Shown here in pieces: positions 24,217 to 31,943 of a stretch of DNA of 63,757 bases. Origin of the DNA: a virus; IMG/VR virus record IMGVR_UViG_3300019487_000007; one strand, written 5' to 3'. Under the pieces are notes generated by a model. The model ran no database searches. It was not told the DNA's origin and saw only the letters and a program-made list of their open reading frames with translations. The stretch's first letter is position 1. The number at the start of each line of letters is the position of its first letter. The position numbers and the translations under genes were made by a program.

Positions 24217-24457
24217 TTTCTCTCCCCAAAGGAGGGGGCTCGAACCCTATAGTGGCAGCTCCCGGCTCAAGAGACCGAGTGGGACGCCGCGGTACTAACT
24301 GTCCGATCGCTTACGTGTCCCGCTCCTCGTCTCCGAGTAGAGAAGAAACCTTCCCACAGAGGACACTTCACGAAAGGAGTTCGCTCACGCTCGTCAGTCC
24401 GCAACCCACCCAAACACCTTGACGTAGAGAGGGAGCCCCCTCCTTTGGAAAGAGAAC
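24217..24457 (-). ncRNA. Candidate structured RNA/DNA element closed by a 16-bp (extendable to about 24-bp) long-range helix
   Basis: 24226-24241 (CCAAAGGAGGGGGCTC) is the exact reverse complement of 24433-24448, and 6 more bp pair after a 2x2 mismatch. The 191-nt interior has no ATG ORF on the gene strand. It contains the local hairpin CUCG-GAGA-CGAG and the GUGUCC/GGACAC pairing. Strand assumed from the flanking genes. Confidence 0.45.
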
Positions 24458-24473
24458 TTCTTGAAGTCCGATT

Positions 24474-25439
24474 CTACGCCGCCTCCTCAATGCCGGCTTT
24501 GTTGAGGGTCGTAAACCAGCCGAGATGGAAATCACTTACATCGTCGAGGCGAAACTCGAAACGCCTTTGCCCGTACTCTGTCTTCTCTCTTACACTCTCT
24601 AGGGTGGAGAAGGTATAGAAGGGCAGGAGGCGTGTCTTCTCCACTAGCTTGTCCAGTCCCTCTCCCGTATTGATGGCCTGTTGGAGAAGGTCTCCCTCCT
24701 TCTCTAAGAAGGGTTGAAAGTCGCGCCAGAGATGAGGTGCGTTTTGAAGAACATGGCGACCCACCCCGAAGACGAAGGAAAAGAAGACCGCGTGGTTCAT
24801 CCATTCAGCGGAGAGAGTTCGATATTCTAGGCCTTGGTAGTTTCCTTCGTGGAAGTCCTTGACTCGATACTCTCCCGCCTTCCCGTAGAGGCACCTCCGT
24901 CTGAAGTGCTCCGGTCTGGCGAACATCCAAGAAAAGGGCGCCCCGAGGAATAGGTCTAAGAGCTTCACGCTCTCTCTGATGTGGGAGGTCCACCACCAAT
25001 CCCGCTTTAGGGCGGAGAACCAAAGGTGGCCCCCGGAGTACCGGAAGGGGTGTGTTAGTCCGTCCACGTCGATCTCGCAGGGGCCATCCTCCCATGCGTT
25101 GAGGGAAGGAGAGCAACCGAAGGTGGCAACATCAACTGGCAGACTCAAGAGGGAGGGTAGAGGAACTTCAATAGATGGAAGAGTGCTGGCTGACAGACCA
25201 GTATTCCGAAGAAAAGCCATGACCCCGGCTCTTAGAGCATTGCCCATAGTGCCTCGGCAGTTGTAGGCGTGGATAAAGTTAACCTCCGCTGCGTAGCCAT
25301 CACGGTAGAGGACGATAGCCTCACTCATCCTAAGCCTAGCCGCCGGGTCTTCTTTCCCATTGCCGAGGCCAGCGTCCGAGGCTGGAATGATCTTGCCCTC
25401 CTTGAGGAGAAAGAATTCTGGATCTGCACCGAGTAACAC
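24474..25439 (-). CDS. phiEco32-type COOH-NH2 ligase (glutamine-synthetase/GCS2-like fold)
   Basis: N-terminal LLGADPEFFLL signature. Preferred start is the GTG at 25439, 8 nt after AAGGGAGGA (the track extends to 25487). Confidence 0.65.
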   Translation of the reverse strand: MLLGADPEFFLLKEGKIIPASDAGLGNGKEDPAARLRMSEAIVLYRDGYAAEVNFIHAYNCRGTMGNALRAGVMAFLRNTGLSASTLPSIEVPLPSLLSLPVDVATFGCSPSLNAWEDGPCEIDVDGLTHPFRYSGGHLWFSALKRDWWWTSHIRESVKLLDLFLGAPFSWMFARPEHFRRRCLYGKAGEYRVKDFHEGNYQGLEYRTLSAEWMNHAVFFSFVFGVGRHVLQNAPHLWRDFQPFLEKEGDLLQQAINTGEGLDKLVEKTRLLPFYTFSTLESVREKTEYGQRRFEFRLDDVSDFHLGWFTTLNKAGIEEAA

Positions 25440-25612
25440 TGTCTGATCCTCCCTTTTCAACCCCCCTCCAGGCTCGGCAGTACGCACCCCTAGGGCGTAC
25501 TGTAAAACGGTAGTGGCTGAAATTTATCTTTTCACGACTCTCTATCTATAGAGGGGGTTGAAAACGGCCTTTCTGCCCCCCTAAAGTGTTGAATTACTGG
25601 GACTTAGCCTTT

Positions 25613-26026
25613 TCAAGGCGTTTTTGGGACTTCGGGGTCGAGGTCTGGCGGTGAGTCCGTCCGCTCCTCGTCGGATACGACGTAAAGTCCCTGGAGGGTA
25701 TCCAGGTTCATCTGAGACGGCAGACTGACGAAGAGCCACCGCGACTTCTCCGAGCGATAGACCACCACCGAAGCCCCCCCTCTTACGACCTTCACCAACA
25801 AGATGGGTTGTCCACTCGGCAGTTCGCGAGATACCTGCCCGTAGAATAGTATCTCCGCATCATAGCGTATGTGTCCGTAGCCTTTTTTGGTTAGGAGTAA
25901 GTCAGTATGTCGTACGTATCCCGACTCCCCCTCCGACAAGTCCCTCAATCGCAGGAATCTCCGCTTACGAGGAATAACCACTGGCTTGGGGGTTAGCTCT
26001 TCGAGCAGGTTTGTCATTTCCTCCAT
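25613..26026 (-). CDS. hypothetical protein (137 aa)
   Basis: ORF with the start refined to the ATG at 26026 (MEEMTNLL), because the longer form overlaps the GGCT gene. Confidence 0.5.
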   Translation of the reverse strand: MEEMTNLLEELTPKPVVIPRKRRFLRLRDLSEGESGYVRHTDLLLTKKGYGHIRYDAEILFYGQVSRELPSGQPILLVKVVRGGASVVVYRSEKSRWLFVSLPSQMNLDTLQGLYVVSDEERTDSPPDLDPEVPKTP

Positions 26027-26052
26027 GTCAATACATTCCTCTAGCCCGCCAA

Positions 26053-26385
26053 TTATCTCTGCCTCCAAACACCGTCTTTGACAAGGTGATAGGCGTCGAA
26101 GTGTCTGTCCATCACGTAGATCCAAACCTCCCTGCCGTCGGTAGTGGGGTGTTTCTCCCTCTCATACGCGCCCTCGACCGCGTCCAGTTGACGGAAGAGA
26201 TGTGGATCCACCATGTAGACCTCCGCCTCCACGCTTCCTTCCCCCCTCGTGATGGCGGGGTAAGACCCCACGGAGTACATGTTGAATCCCTTGAGGGTGG
26301 CGTTCCCCTCGAAGGGGGAATCCATCAGAAGATGGTGTAGACGAAAACCCTTTTTGAGGGTGCCGTAAACTGCCAATGGCTCCAT
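26053..26385 (-). CDS. Gamma-glutamyl cyclotransferase (AIG2/GGCT-fold) protein
   Basis: LAVYGTLKKG, GSYPAI, VEAEVYMV and LDAVEG. The ATG at 26385 overlaps the protease stop by 1 nt. Confidence 0.8.
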   Translation of the reverse strand: MEPLAVYGTLKKGFRLHHLLMDSPFEGNATLKGFNMYSVGSYPAITRGEGSVEAEVYMVDPHLFRQLDAVEGAYEREKHPTTDGREVWIYVMDRHFDAYHLVKDGVWRQR

Positions 26386-26957
26386 CAGCGGCCTCCTTCC
26401 TTGTGAATAATCTTTGACCACATTTCGCCCGCCACGAGGACGCCCCGACCCCACATGTTATCTGCATCTTTGGGAAGGGCACCCTTGTTGATGGCCACCA
26501 CCTCCCCGAGGGAGTTGATAACGCACGAGCCCGAACTCCCTGGGCCGCCCCCCTTCTTGTAGGTGAAGAGGATGGGGGAGGGATTGACGATCTCCGTCTC
26601 TACGATGCGGGGTGTGCCCCCCTTGGTGAAATCGTAACCCTCCAACCAGACCCTATCTCCCCTCTTAGGGGCCTCTGGGGCGAGGGGGAAAAACTTCTGG
26701 AAGTCTGATCCTGAGACGACCTCTAGAAGGGCAAGATCGCGCGCCTGATCCACCAAGACGGGGCGAAGGATGCCTTCTACTCCATTCCCGTCGGAGTAGA
26801 TCAGGGTGCGGGGTTTGGAGTCGCTGTAAGCGACGTGGGCGTTGGTCAGGGCGGTGGTGCTGGAGATCGGACAGGCGTGCCCGACAGCCGTAGAGCCATT
26901 AACGTCCCCCGACACCATGATGATCCCCGAAACGACGGCTAGGACTAGACTACTCAC
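26385..26957 (-). CDS. Secreted trypsin-like (S1) serine protease
   Basis: Signal peptide MSSLVLAVVSGIIMVSG. Triad contexts TNAHV, RDLALLEV and GGPGSSGSCV. Confidence 0.75.
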   Translation of the reverse strand: MSSLVLAVVSGIIMVSGDVNGSTAVGHACPISSTTALTNAHVAYSDSKPRTLIYSDGNGVEGILRPVLVDQARDLALLEVVSGSDFQKFFPLAPEAPKRGDRVWLEGYDFTKGGTPRIVETEIVNPSPILFTYKKGGGPGSSGSCVINSLGEVVAINKGALPKDADNMWGRGVLVAGEMWSKIIHKEGGR

Positions 26958-26960
26958 TTC

Positions 26961-27236
26961 TCACTTTCCTTTCTCACACCCATCTCCTCGAATCTTGTAG
27001 TGGAAGAGGCAATGGTTGCCCGTGTTCGCATTGATGAGACTCAGGGACTTATACCCAGCCTTTCGAAGGCGCCGTCGAGCCTCCACCTGACGAGACTCGG
27101 TAACGGCTCCAACGACCCTCCTTCGTCGTGTGAGCTTTATGTCGTTGAACGCCCAATTACATATACCACTGGTGAAACCGTAGATCCACCCGAAAGAGGG
27201 GGAAAGACCCACAACGTGGTTTTTACACTTCCGCAT
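26961..27236 (-). CDS. hypothetical basic protein (91 aa from ATG 27236)
   Basis: A strong Shine-Dalgarno (GGGAGGAG) lies 3-4 nt before the ATG. The frame stays open upstream through the C12 tract to 27359. Confidence 0.55.
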   Translation of the reverse strand: MRKCKNHVVGLSPSFGWIYGFTSGICNWAFNDIKLTRRRRVVGAVTESRQVEARRRLRKAGYKSLSLINANTGNHCLFHYKIRGDGCEKGK

Positions 27237-27264
27237 TACTCCTCCCTCGCTCTTATGAAGACTA

Positions 27265-27489
27265 CTAGACCCAACCGTTTCGTGACAGGTATGACCTTCC
27301 ATCCTTTGGGGGGGGGGGGCTTTGCAAGCTCTTAAGGCTGAGTAGCTCGCTAACCACATAGAGACTCTTTGTCGGGCACTCAGTCGAACAAAAGTGCTCC
27401 AAGGCCTCCCAAGATAAAGTCTTCTTCTCTAAGGCCGATAGCCCTATCGACACGCCCCCACAAAAACCGTGGAGATGAGAGTAAGTCAT
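27265..27489 (-). CDS. hypothetical protein (74 aa) whose tail reads through the C12 tract
   Basis: MTYSHLHGFCGGVSIGLSALEKK.. The last 20 codons include PPPP from the homopolymer. Confidence 0.5.
   Translation of the reverse strand: MTYSHLHGFCGGVSIGLSALEKKTLSWEALEHFCSTECPTKSLYVVSELLSLKSLQSPPPPKDGRSYLSRNGWV
27308..27319. repeat. G12 (C12 on the coding strand) homopolymer at a gene junction
   Basis: Twelve consecutive G counted on the + strand (tttGGGGGGGGGGGGcttt). Confidence 0.95.
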
Positions 27490-27659
27490 GTTCTCGCCCC
27501 CAAGAGGATCCCCAGTGCCAAGACTGCTCTCTTAACTTCCCTCATGTCAATGCACTCCTCGCAAAAAGAGTTCTCTCCTAAGACGTCCCCATTAAAGTCA
27601 GTTATGAAGACCACGAAGACGGCATCCTCGCCGCAGGCGCACTTCCCCCTATCTTCCAT
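27486..27659 (-). CDS. small zinc-ribbon / hydrophobic-tail protein (57 aa, not in ORF track)
   Basis: MEDRGKCACGEDAVFVVFITDFNGDVLGENSFCEECIDMREVKRAVLALGILLGART. The stop shares an ATGA with the next start, and the start abuts the upstream stop. Confidence 0.5.
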   Translation of the reverse strand: MEDRGKCACGEDAVFVVFITDFNGDVLGENSFCEECIDMREVKRAVLALGILLGART

Positions 27660-27911
27660 TTACTCCTCGGCCTCGACCTCGTCGATGGACTCATGGCCGA
27701 CTATGGCGTCGAAAAGGGCGGCACCCACACCACCAGATACGAACCAACAGTGGGAAGAAGAAGGATCCCTGAAGACAAAACCGGGATTGCAGGTCTTCAG
27801 GTTAGCTCCGAGAAGGGAAGAGAGCCACCCTCCCACCCTCAACCAGCGGGCGTCTGCTTGATCCTTGTCAACAAGTTCCCCCCAGGGATCTAAGCGGTTA
27901 AGCGGTGGCAC
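27660..27911 (-). CDS. hypothetical protein (83 aa)
   Basis: ORF with no motif. Confidence 0.5.
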   Translation of the reverse strand: MPPLNRLDPWGELVDKDQADARWLRVGGWLSSLLGANLKTCNPGFVFRDPSSSHCWFVSGGVGAALFDAIVGHESIDEVEAEE

Positions 27912-28006
27912 TTCATGCTCCTCTCACTAGCCATCATCAGGCAGCGCCTAACGCTGCGACGCACGCCGACGGCGCGTGCGTTTCGGCCTGGGATAGGAAG
28001 TGGTTC

Positions 28007-29287
28007 CTACTGTTTTGTGATCCGAAGGGAGTAGCTTCCCGTGACGTGGCCGTCGTTCGGGGAGTAGTTGGGGGAATTGTTGAATTGGTCGCCCCGACCC
28101 CAGACGAGCTGTCCTGTGAGGGACTCCCCGCAGGGGACAACCACCGTGGTGGACTTTTTCACGAAATTCGAAGGGTTGTAGACGATCTCGATCAAGTAGG
28201 TCCCACCGTCACCCTCTCCGATGGAGTAGCTTCCTGTGACGGTGACGCTGAAGGTAGTGGGCGTTCCGGCCTGGACCACCCTCGATGTCACACCCGGCGG
28301 ATTGTAAAGAGTCATGTCGTTGCCGGGGGCCCCAGGCGGATTGGCGGAAACGAATCGACACACATCGGGGCGAGTGGAGCCTGTGCCGTCGTTCGGGATG
28401 TTGAAGTCGTCCAACCACTCACCACCGCGGTTCTCGCAGGCGTTCCTCCTAGCGTTGTCGTTGCCCTGGTTCATCTTCCAATAGCTCGTGTACTCCCGCA
28501 CTTCCGGCGTTCCGGGATGCTCTTGAAGCTGCTTCAGGGCCGATCCACTCGTCGGGCTCCCGTCGAAGCGGTCTTCGCAGAGGGCGGCGGTCACCTCGAA
28601 GGAGGCTTCGGCCGAGGCCGTGCATTCCAATTCCTGCGGACCGTAGGGGATCACGTAGGTGAACTCGTAGAGCCCGATCTCCGTGAGGCGGGAATAAGTC
28701 GTCTTGGGAGGCTCGGGAAGAAAGTAACCACCCTGAGGGGAGACCTCCGCCGAGACGTAAGTGACCGTTCCGGCCTCGGAGATGTTGAAACTGAAGGCGG
28801 GAACGGGGGCGTCGAAGTCAGAGCACTTGGGGTCGGGAGTCGGGGTCGGTCTGGGTCGGGGAGGACGGGGCGGGCAAGAACCCCACGCTGCGAACTGCTT
28901 TCCCCTCAGGAGGCCCCCATTCGGGGAGACGATATCGGCTTGGATGTCCAGACAAGCCCACTTCGAGGCGTCGACCTGGTGGATTCCATTCCCCACTCCC
29001 TTCTGTCGATAGAGGGGCTCGCCCGTTCGAGAGGTGCCGCTCTCGAACTTGTTCCAGAGCTCCAGAATGAAGTCGGATCTCTGCGCCCCCTCGATGGTGA
29101 AGACGAAGGTGGGAGGGGAGAGGGAGATCGAACCCTCCGCGCCGCCCGCCCCACTTCCCGCCACCTGAGCGACGGAAGAGGTGGAAGAAGACGTCACGGA
29201 GTCGTCCGAGGGGGAGGAGGGAAGGTTCCCTCCTCCACTACAACCGAAAGCCGCTCCGAGGAGGAGGGCCAGGAACATCTTTCTCAT
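28007..29287 (-). CDS. Large lipoprotein (426 aa) with Ser-rich and Pro/Arg/Thr-rich linkers
   Basis: MRKMFLALLLGAAFG|CSGGG signal with lipobox. CPPRPPRPRPTPTPDPKC linker and multiple Cys. Confidence 0.65.
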   Translation of the reverse strand: MRKMFLALLLGAAFGCSGGGNLPSSPSDDSVTSSSTSSVAQVAGSGAGGAEGSISLSPPTFVFTIEGAQRSDFILELWNKFESGTSRTGEPLYRQKGVGNGIHQVDASKWACLDIQADIVSPNGGLLRGKQFAAWGSCPPRPPRPRPTPTPDPKCSDFDAPVPAFSFNISEAGTVTYVSAEVSPQGGYFLPEPPKTTYSRLTEIGLYEFTYVIPYGPQELECTASAEASFEVTAALCEDRFDGSPTSGSALKQLQEHPGTPEVREYTSYWKMNQGNDNARRNACENRGGEWLDDFNIPNDGTGSTRPDVCRFVSANPPGAPGNDMTLYNPPGVTSRVVQAGTPTTFSVTVTGSYSIGEGDGGTYLIEIVYNPSNFVKKSTTVVVPCGESLTGQLVWGRGDQFNNSPNYSPNDGHVTGSYSLRITKQ

Positions 29288-29433
29288 TTTGCTTCTCCTT
29301 TAAGGGCGGTCTCACTACGGTGCGCGCGCACCCCCAAGCCTAGTGGACAGCCGCCGACAGCATCCTTCCAGGTCGCTTGGAGAGGTTTAATCATTGGGTG
29401 AGCGCCCACCCACTCGGGCTCCTGGCCCTGAGC

Positions 29434-30219
29434 TTAAGAGGTCTCCTCGTAGTGCTTCACGAGGCCCGCCTCGATCACGTCAGCAATTTCATCGAAGGTG
29501 AATCCGTCGTCGTTGAGGTCCAACAAGGATAGTTCCGTGCCGTCTCGCCCGACAAAATCGAGGCGTCCGTGGTCCGTAGCCCAGCCGAGAGCTCGCTGGA
29601 CATTCCAGGGCAACATCGAATCCGCACCATCCGATAACCAGAAGTCATTCTTCAGATTCCAGTTTTCGGGCGTGAGTACGTCACACGCGACGCCCAAGCA
29701 GCAATAGGTGTTATCCTCGGGGCGTAGAGCCTTGCAACCTTGCCTGTATCGACCGCTACGGAGGGCTTCGACCAAACGGGCTTCATTCTCGTTCATGGGG
29801 TTAGGCTCCTTTATGGTTCTAGCGCTTTGCGGTAGGATGTGAAACTGGGCTTCTTCTGGCTCCCTAGTCGAGCGGCGCATACGGAGACGGGCCTTTTTGG
29901 CGTAAACCCTAACGCACTCCTTGAAATCCTTCCTGTGAAACCTTTCTTGAGCGTTCTCTTCCGTCACTCCAAGGGAGGCCTGAACCACCGGGTTCCAATG
30001 CGAAAGACGTACGTGGCACATCTCGTGGACGGCTATCCCCTCCGCTGAGGCGCCGCCCAGCATCTTTGGATCGAGAACGATCGTCGGGCCTAGACCGTCG
30101 AAGACCGTTTGTGCGTAAAACCCGGGCACCCTTCCTTCGATGACAGGAGGGGCGGGGAGGCCCATCAAGCCCGCATAGAAGACGATCCAACGGGCGACCT
30201 CAGCTACTTTGGGGGTCAT
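29434..30219 (-). CDS. HExxH zincin-like domain (ImmA/IrrE- or SprT-like) fused to a conserved phage C-terminal domain
   Basis: GIAVHEMCHVRLSHW, then CCLGVACDV..LNDDGFTFDEIADVIE. Confidence 0.5.
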   Translation of the reverse strand: MTPKVAEVARWIVFYAGLMGLPAPPVIEGRVPGFYAQTVFDGLGPTIVLDPKMLGGASAEGIAVHEMCHVRLSHWNPVVQASLGVTEENAQERFHRKDFKECVRVYAKKARLRMRRSTREPEEAQFHILPQSARTIKEPNPMNENEARLVEALRSGRYRQGCKALRPEDNTYCCLGVACDVLTPENWNLKNDFWLSDGADSMLPWNVQRALGWATDHGRLDFVGRDGTELSLLDLNDDGFTFDEIADVIEAGLVKHYEETS

Positions 30220-30227
30220 TCAGCACC

Positions 30228-30305
30228 TTAGAAGAAGAGTAACCAGAAAATCCAGGCCGCCAGCCCGAGGAGAAAGCCCTTGAAAGGGTAGGTTCGAGAA
30301 ATCAT
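30228..30305 (-). CDS. possible 25-aa hydrophobic peptide
   Basis: MISRTYPFKGFLLGLAAWIFWLLFF. The ATG shares an ATGA with the upstream stop. Confidence 0.35.
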   Translation of the reverse strand: MISRTYPFKGFLLGLAAWIFWLLFF

Positions 30306-30502
30306 TGGCCCTCCACCAGACCAAGCCAACGATCAATGGCTTTCGTAGCTTCCCAGAGGTCGTGACACCGCCTGCACGGCGACTTTGGCGTCCCATCACC
30401 AGTGTAGAGGCGGTGGACCGCACAGGTAGTGCGTGCACTTCGGAGGACGGGAGCCGGGAGGCGACGGTAGTTGTTTCTTTTCTTCCCGCTGAGGGGCCTC
30501 AA
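30302..30502 (-). CDS. hypothetical basic Cys-containing protein (66 aa)
   Basis: ORF coupled at both ends. Confidence 0.45.
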   Translation of the reverse strand: MRPLSGKKRNNYRRLPAPVLRSARTTCAVHRLYTGDGTPKSPCRRCHDLWEATKAIDRWLGLVEGQ

Positions 30503-30888
30503 CGCCGCTTCTTAGGAAGGATGCGTATTTGACGGACGACGATGACGGGGAAGCCGTCTTGCTCCCCACTGGCGAGGAGGCCCCGCCATTTGATGCGTCT
30601 CACTGTAAAGTTAAGGCCTTCGCAGAAGCGGATTTCAGCGGCCACCTTGCGCGTAGGATACAGATGGAATCCCTTGGGGTAGCGAAAGGGTCGGTCCGTG
30701 TAGTTCCACCCGTTGATCTGCCCCGAAGGGGAGGTGAGCCACCTGTTGGCACGGGCCGACCAACTACCTTCGTGGCGTTTAATAGGAAACAACAACGAGC
30801 CATTATCTTCCTTATCGAAGATCTTCCACCCTATCCCCTCAGCCTCGGGCTCCGGGGAGAAGTTTTCGTCCAGGCTACTTAAGCACAT
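30499..30888 (-). CDS. hypothetical protein (129 aa), GWKIF..GFHLY family
   Basis: ORF that shares a loose pattern with 32545..32919. Confidence 0.55.
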   Translation of the reverse strand: MCLSSLDENFSPEPEAEGIGWKIFDKEDNGSLLFPIKRHEGSWSARANRWLTSPSGQINGWNYTDRPFRYPKGFHLYPTRKVAAEIRFCEGLNFTVRRIKWRGLLASGEQDGFPVIVVRQIRILPKKRR

Positions 30889-30897
30889 CTCGTCCTC

Positions 30898-31173
30898 CTA
30901 AAAGGGCCTCTTGACTTTCCACCGAGGCTCGGGGATCCTCCTTGCCTCGTGAAGGTCGAAGCAGCCGAAAGAGCAGAAGGCCTCGGGCGAGAAATCCTGG
31001 TCCTTGGAAAGGTCCTTCTTCCGAAACTCCCCGGGATGGTTGATTACCCCGCTTTGCCGTATCCCGCCCTTCGAGGTGTAGTGGTGAAGGACCAAGTCCA
31101 AACGCCCGCATTGGGTGCATCCGAGCCCCTGGGCTTCGTGGGAAGCCTTCTTCCTCAGCGGCATGAAAGGCAT
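30898..31173 (-). CDS. hypothetical Cys-containing protein (91 aa)
   Basis: CTQCG..CSFGC pattern. Confidence 0.5.
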   Translation of the reverse strand: MPFMPLRKKASHEAQGLGCTQCGRLDLVLHHYTSKGGIRQSGVINHPGEFRKKDLSKDQDFSPEAFCSFGCFDLHEARRIPEPRWKVKRPF

Positions 31174-31174
31174 T

Positions 31175-31354
31175 TTACCTCTCCTTCAGGTTTTCCGCCT
31201 TTGCCTTCTTTGGCTCTTCCTCGCTCGCTAAATCGAAGGCGGCCAGAAGGGGAGAGCTTTTGGCGTGAGCCACGTTCTGGCACCATCCGCTTTCTCCAAA
31301 GGTGCAATTCAGGAAGCTCTGCGAGGAGCAGAGGGAGTAGAAGCCCCATCTCAT
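31175..31354 (-). CDS. hypothetical protein (59 aa)
   Basis: The ATG at 31354 shares an ATGA with the upstream stop. Start refined from the track's 31537. Confidence 0.4.
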   Translation of the reverse strand: MRWGFYSLCSSQSFLNCTFGESGWCQNVAHAKSSPLLAAFDLASEEEPKKAKAENLKER

Positions 31355-31728
31355 GATTTTCTCTCCTTGAGGAAGTTGCCGACCGCCTTGAAGGCGCGGC
31401 CTATCATCTGGCTTTTCCCTGAGGCCGACTTCGCATAATTGGGGGCCAGAAGGTCGTGGATAGTCTGGAGTGCCATCCAGGGAACCCCGTCCTGAAAGTG
31501 AGCTTTGATGTGAGGGTACCTCGAAAAAACATCCCAAATGTTAAGACCCTCCATCTCCGGACAGTAGAGGTCGTCCGGAATGTGCGCCCCAATACCACAA
31601 CCTCCTCCGAACCCCTTGAAGTACACGCACCTCTTACCGTCCCATCCCCACGGGCCGCCCCTCTTGATTCTCTGAAGGAGGTGCTCGTAAGCCTCCTCGA
31701 AGGAGACCTTCTCTTCCTTTTGTGTCAT
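31351..31728 (-). CDS. hypothetical protein (125 aa)
   Basis: ORF with a protein-like composition. Confidence 0.55.
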   Translation of the reverse strand: MTQKEEKVSFEEAYEHLLQRIKRGGPWGWDGKRCVYFKGFGGGCGIGAHIPDDLYCPEMEGLNIWDVFSRYPHIKAHFQDGVPWMALQTIHDLLAPNYAKSASGKSQMIGRAFKAVGNFLKERKS

Positions 31729-31762
31729 AGTCCTTCCTTTGCGCTCCTAGGTCGTGGCCCCG

Positions 31763-31903
31763 TCAGTTAAATTCCTTCTTTAGGCGGCGGTTCGCGTCGA
31801 GAAGGGCGGCCTTGAAGAGGAGCCAAGAGAGATAAGTGTCGAAGGGACATTTCTTGGCGTGGAACTTGGGACGAGTTTCGGCGAAGCGTTTTTCGATCGT
31901 CAC
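31763..31903 (-). CDS. possible small protein (46 aa, not in ORF track)
   Basis: GTG start 9 nt after AGGAAGGA. Translation: VTIEKRFAETRPKFHAKKCPFDTYLSWLLFKAALLDANRRLKKEFN. Confidence 0.4.
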   Translation of the reverse strand: MTIEKRFAETRPKFHAKKCPFDTYLSWLLFKAALLDANRRLKKEFN

Positions 31904-31943
31904 TGGGAGCTGTCCTTCCTATTTGGCGGGAGCCGTCGCCCCG

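Noticed and set aside
24226-24260. A tRNA- or tmRNA-like 3' end (GGGTTCGAGCCCCCTCC on the minus strand) in the 269-nt gap.
   Set aside because: I could not build a cloverleaf. The T-stem would have only 3-4 pairs, and there is no D-arm or anticodon arm at the right spacing. The complementary 5' strand lies about 190 nt away and pairs continuously for 16 bp rather than 7. No tag-peptide reading frame is visible.
24378-24400. A hammerhead-ribozyme-like core (CUGACGA - GC-GUGA-GC - GAA) on the minus strand.
   Set aside because: The base after GAA is C, not the near-invariant A15.1. I found no matching stems I and III with a UH cleavage site. It is probably a chance resemblance within the structured element.
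27430-27489. The GFCGGVSIGLS segment of ORF 27265-27489 as motif I (FxGxG) of a DNA cytosine-C5 methyltransferase.
   Set aside because: The ORF is far too short and there is no PCQ, ENV or other methyltransferase motif, even in the hypothetical fusion with the downstream gene.
27905-29401. A 498-aa ORF on the + strand, the longest ORF in this part of the window.
   Set aside because: It lies entirely antisense to the lipoprotein gene (28007-29287). That gene has a signal peptide and lipobox, coupling context and a sensible composition. The + frame is Arg/Gly/Val-rich, typical of shadow ORFs in G+C-rich DNA. I rejected the following for the same reason: 43853-45007(-), 40407-41306(-), 45919-46719(-), 46742-47491(-), 49014-49709(-), 58440-59081(-), 11767-12360(+), 9870-10526(+), 20519-21178(+) and 5793-6314(+).
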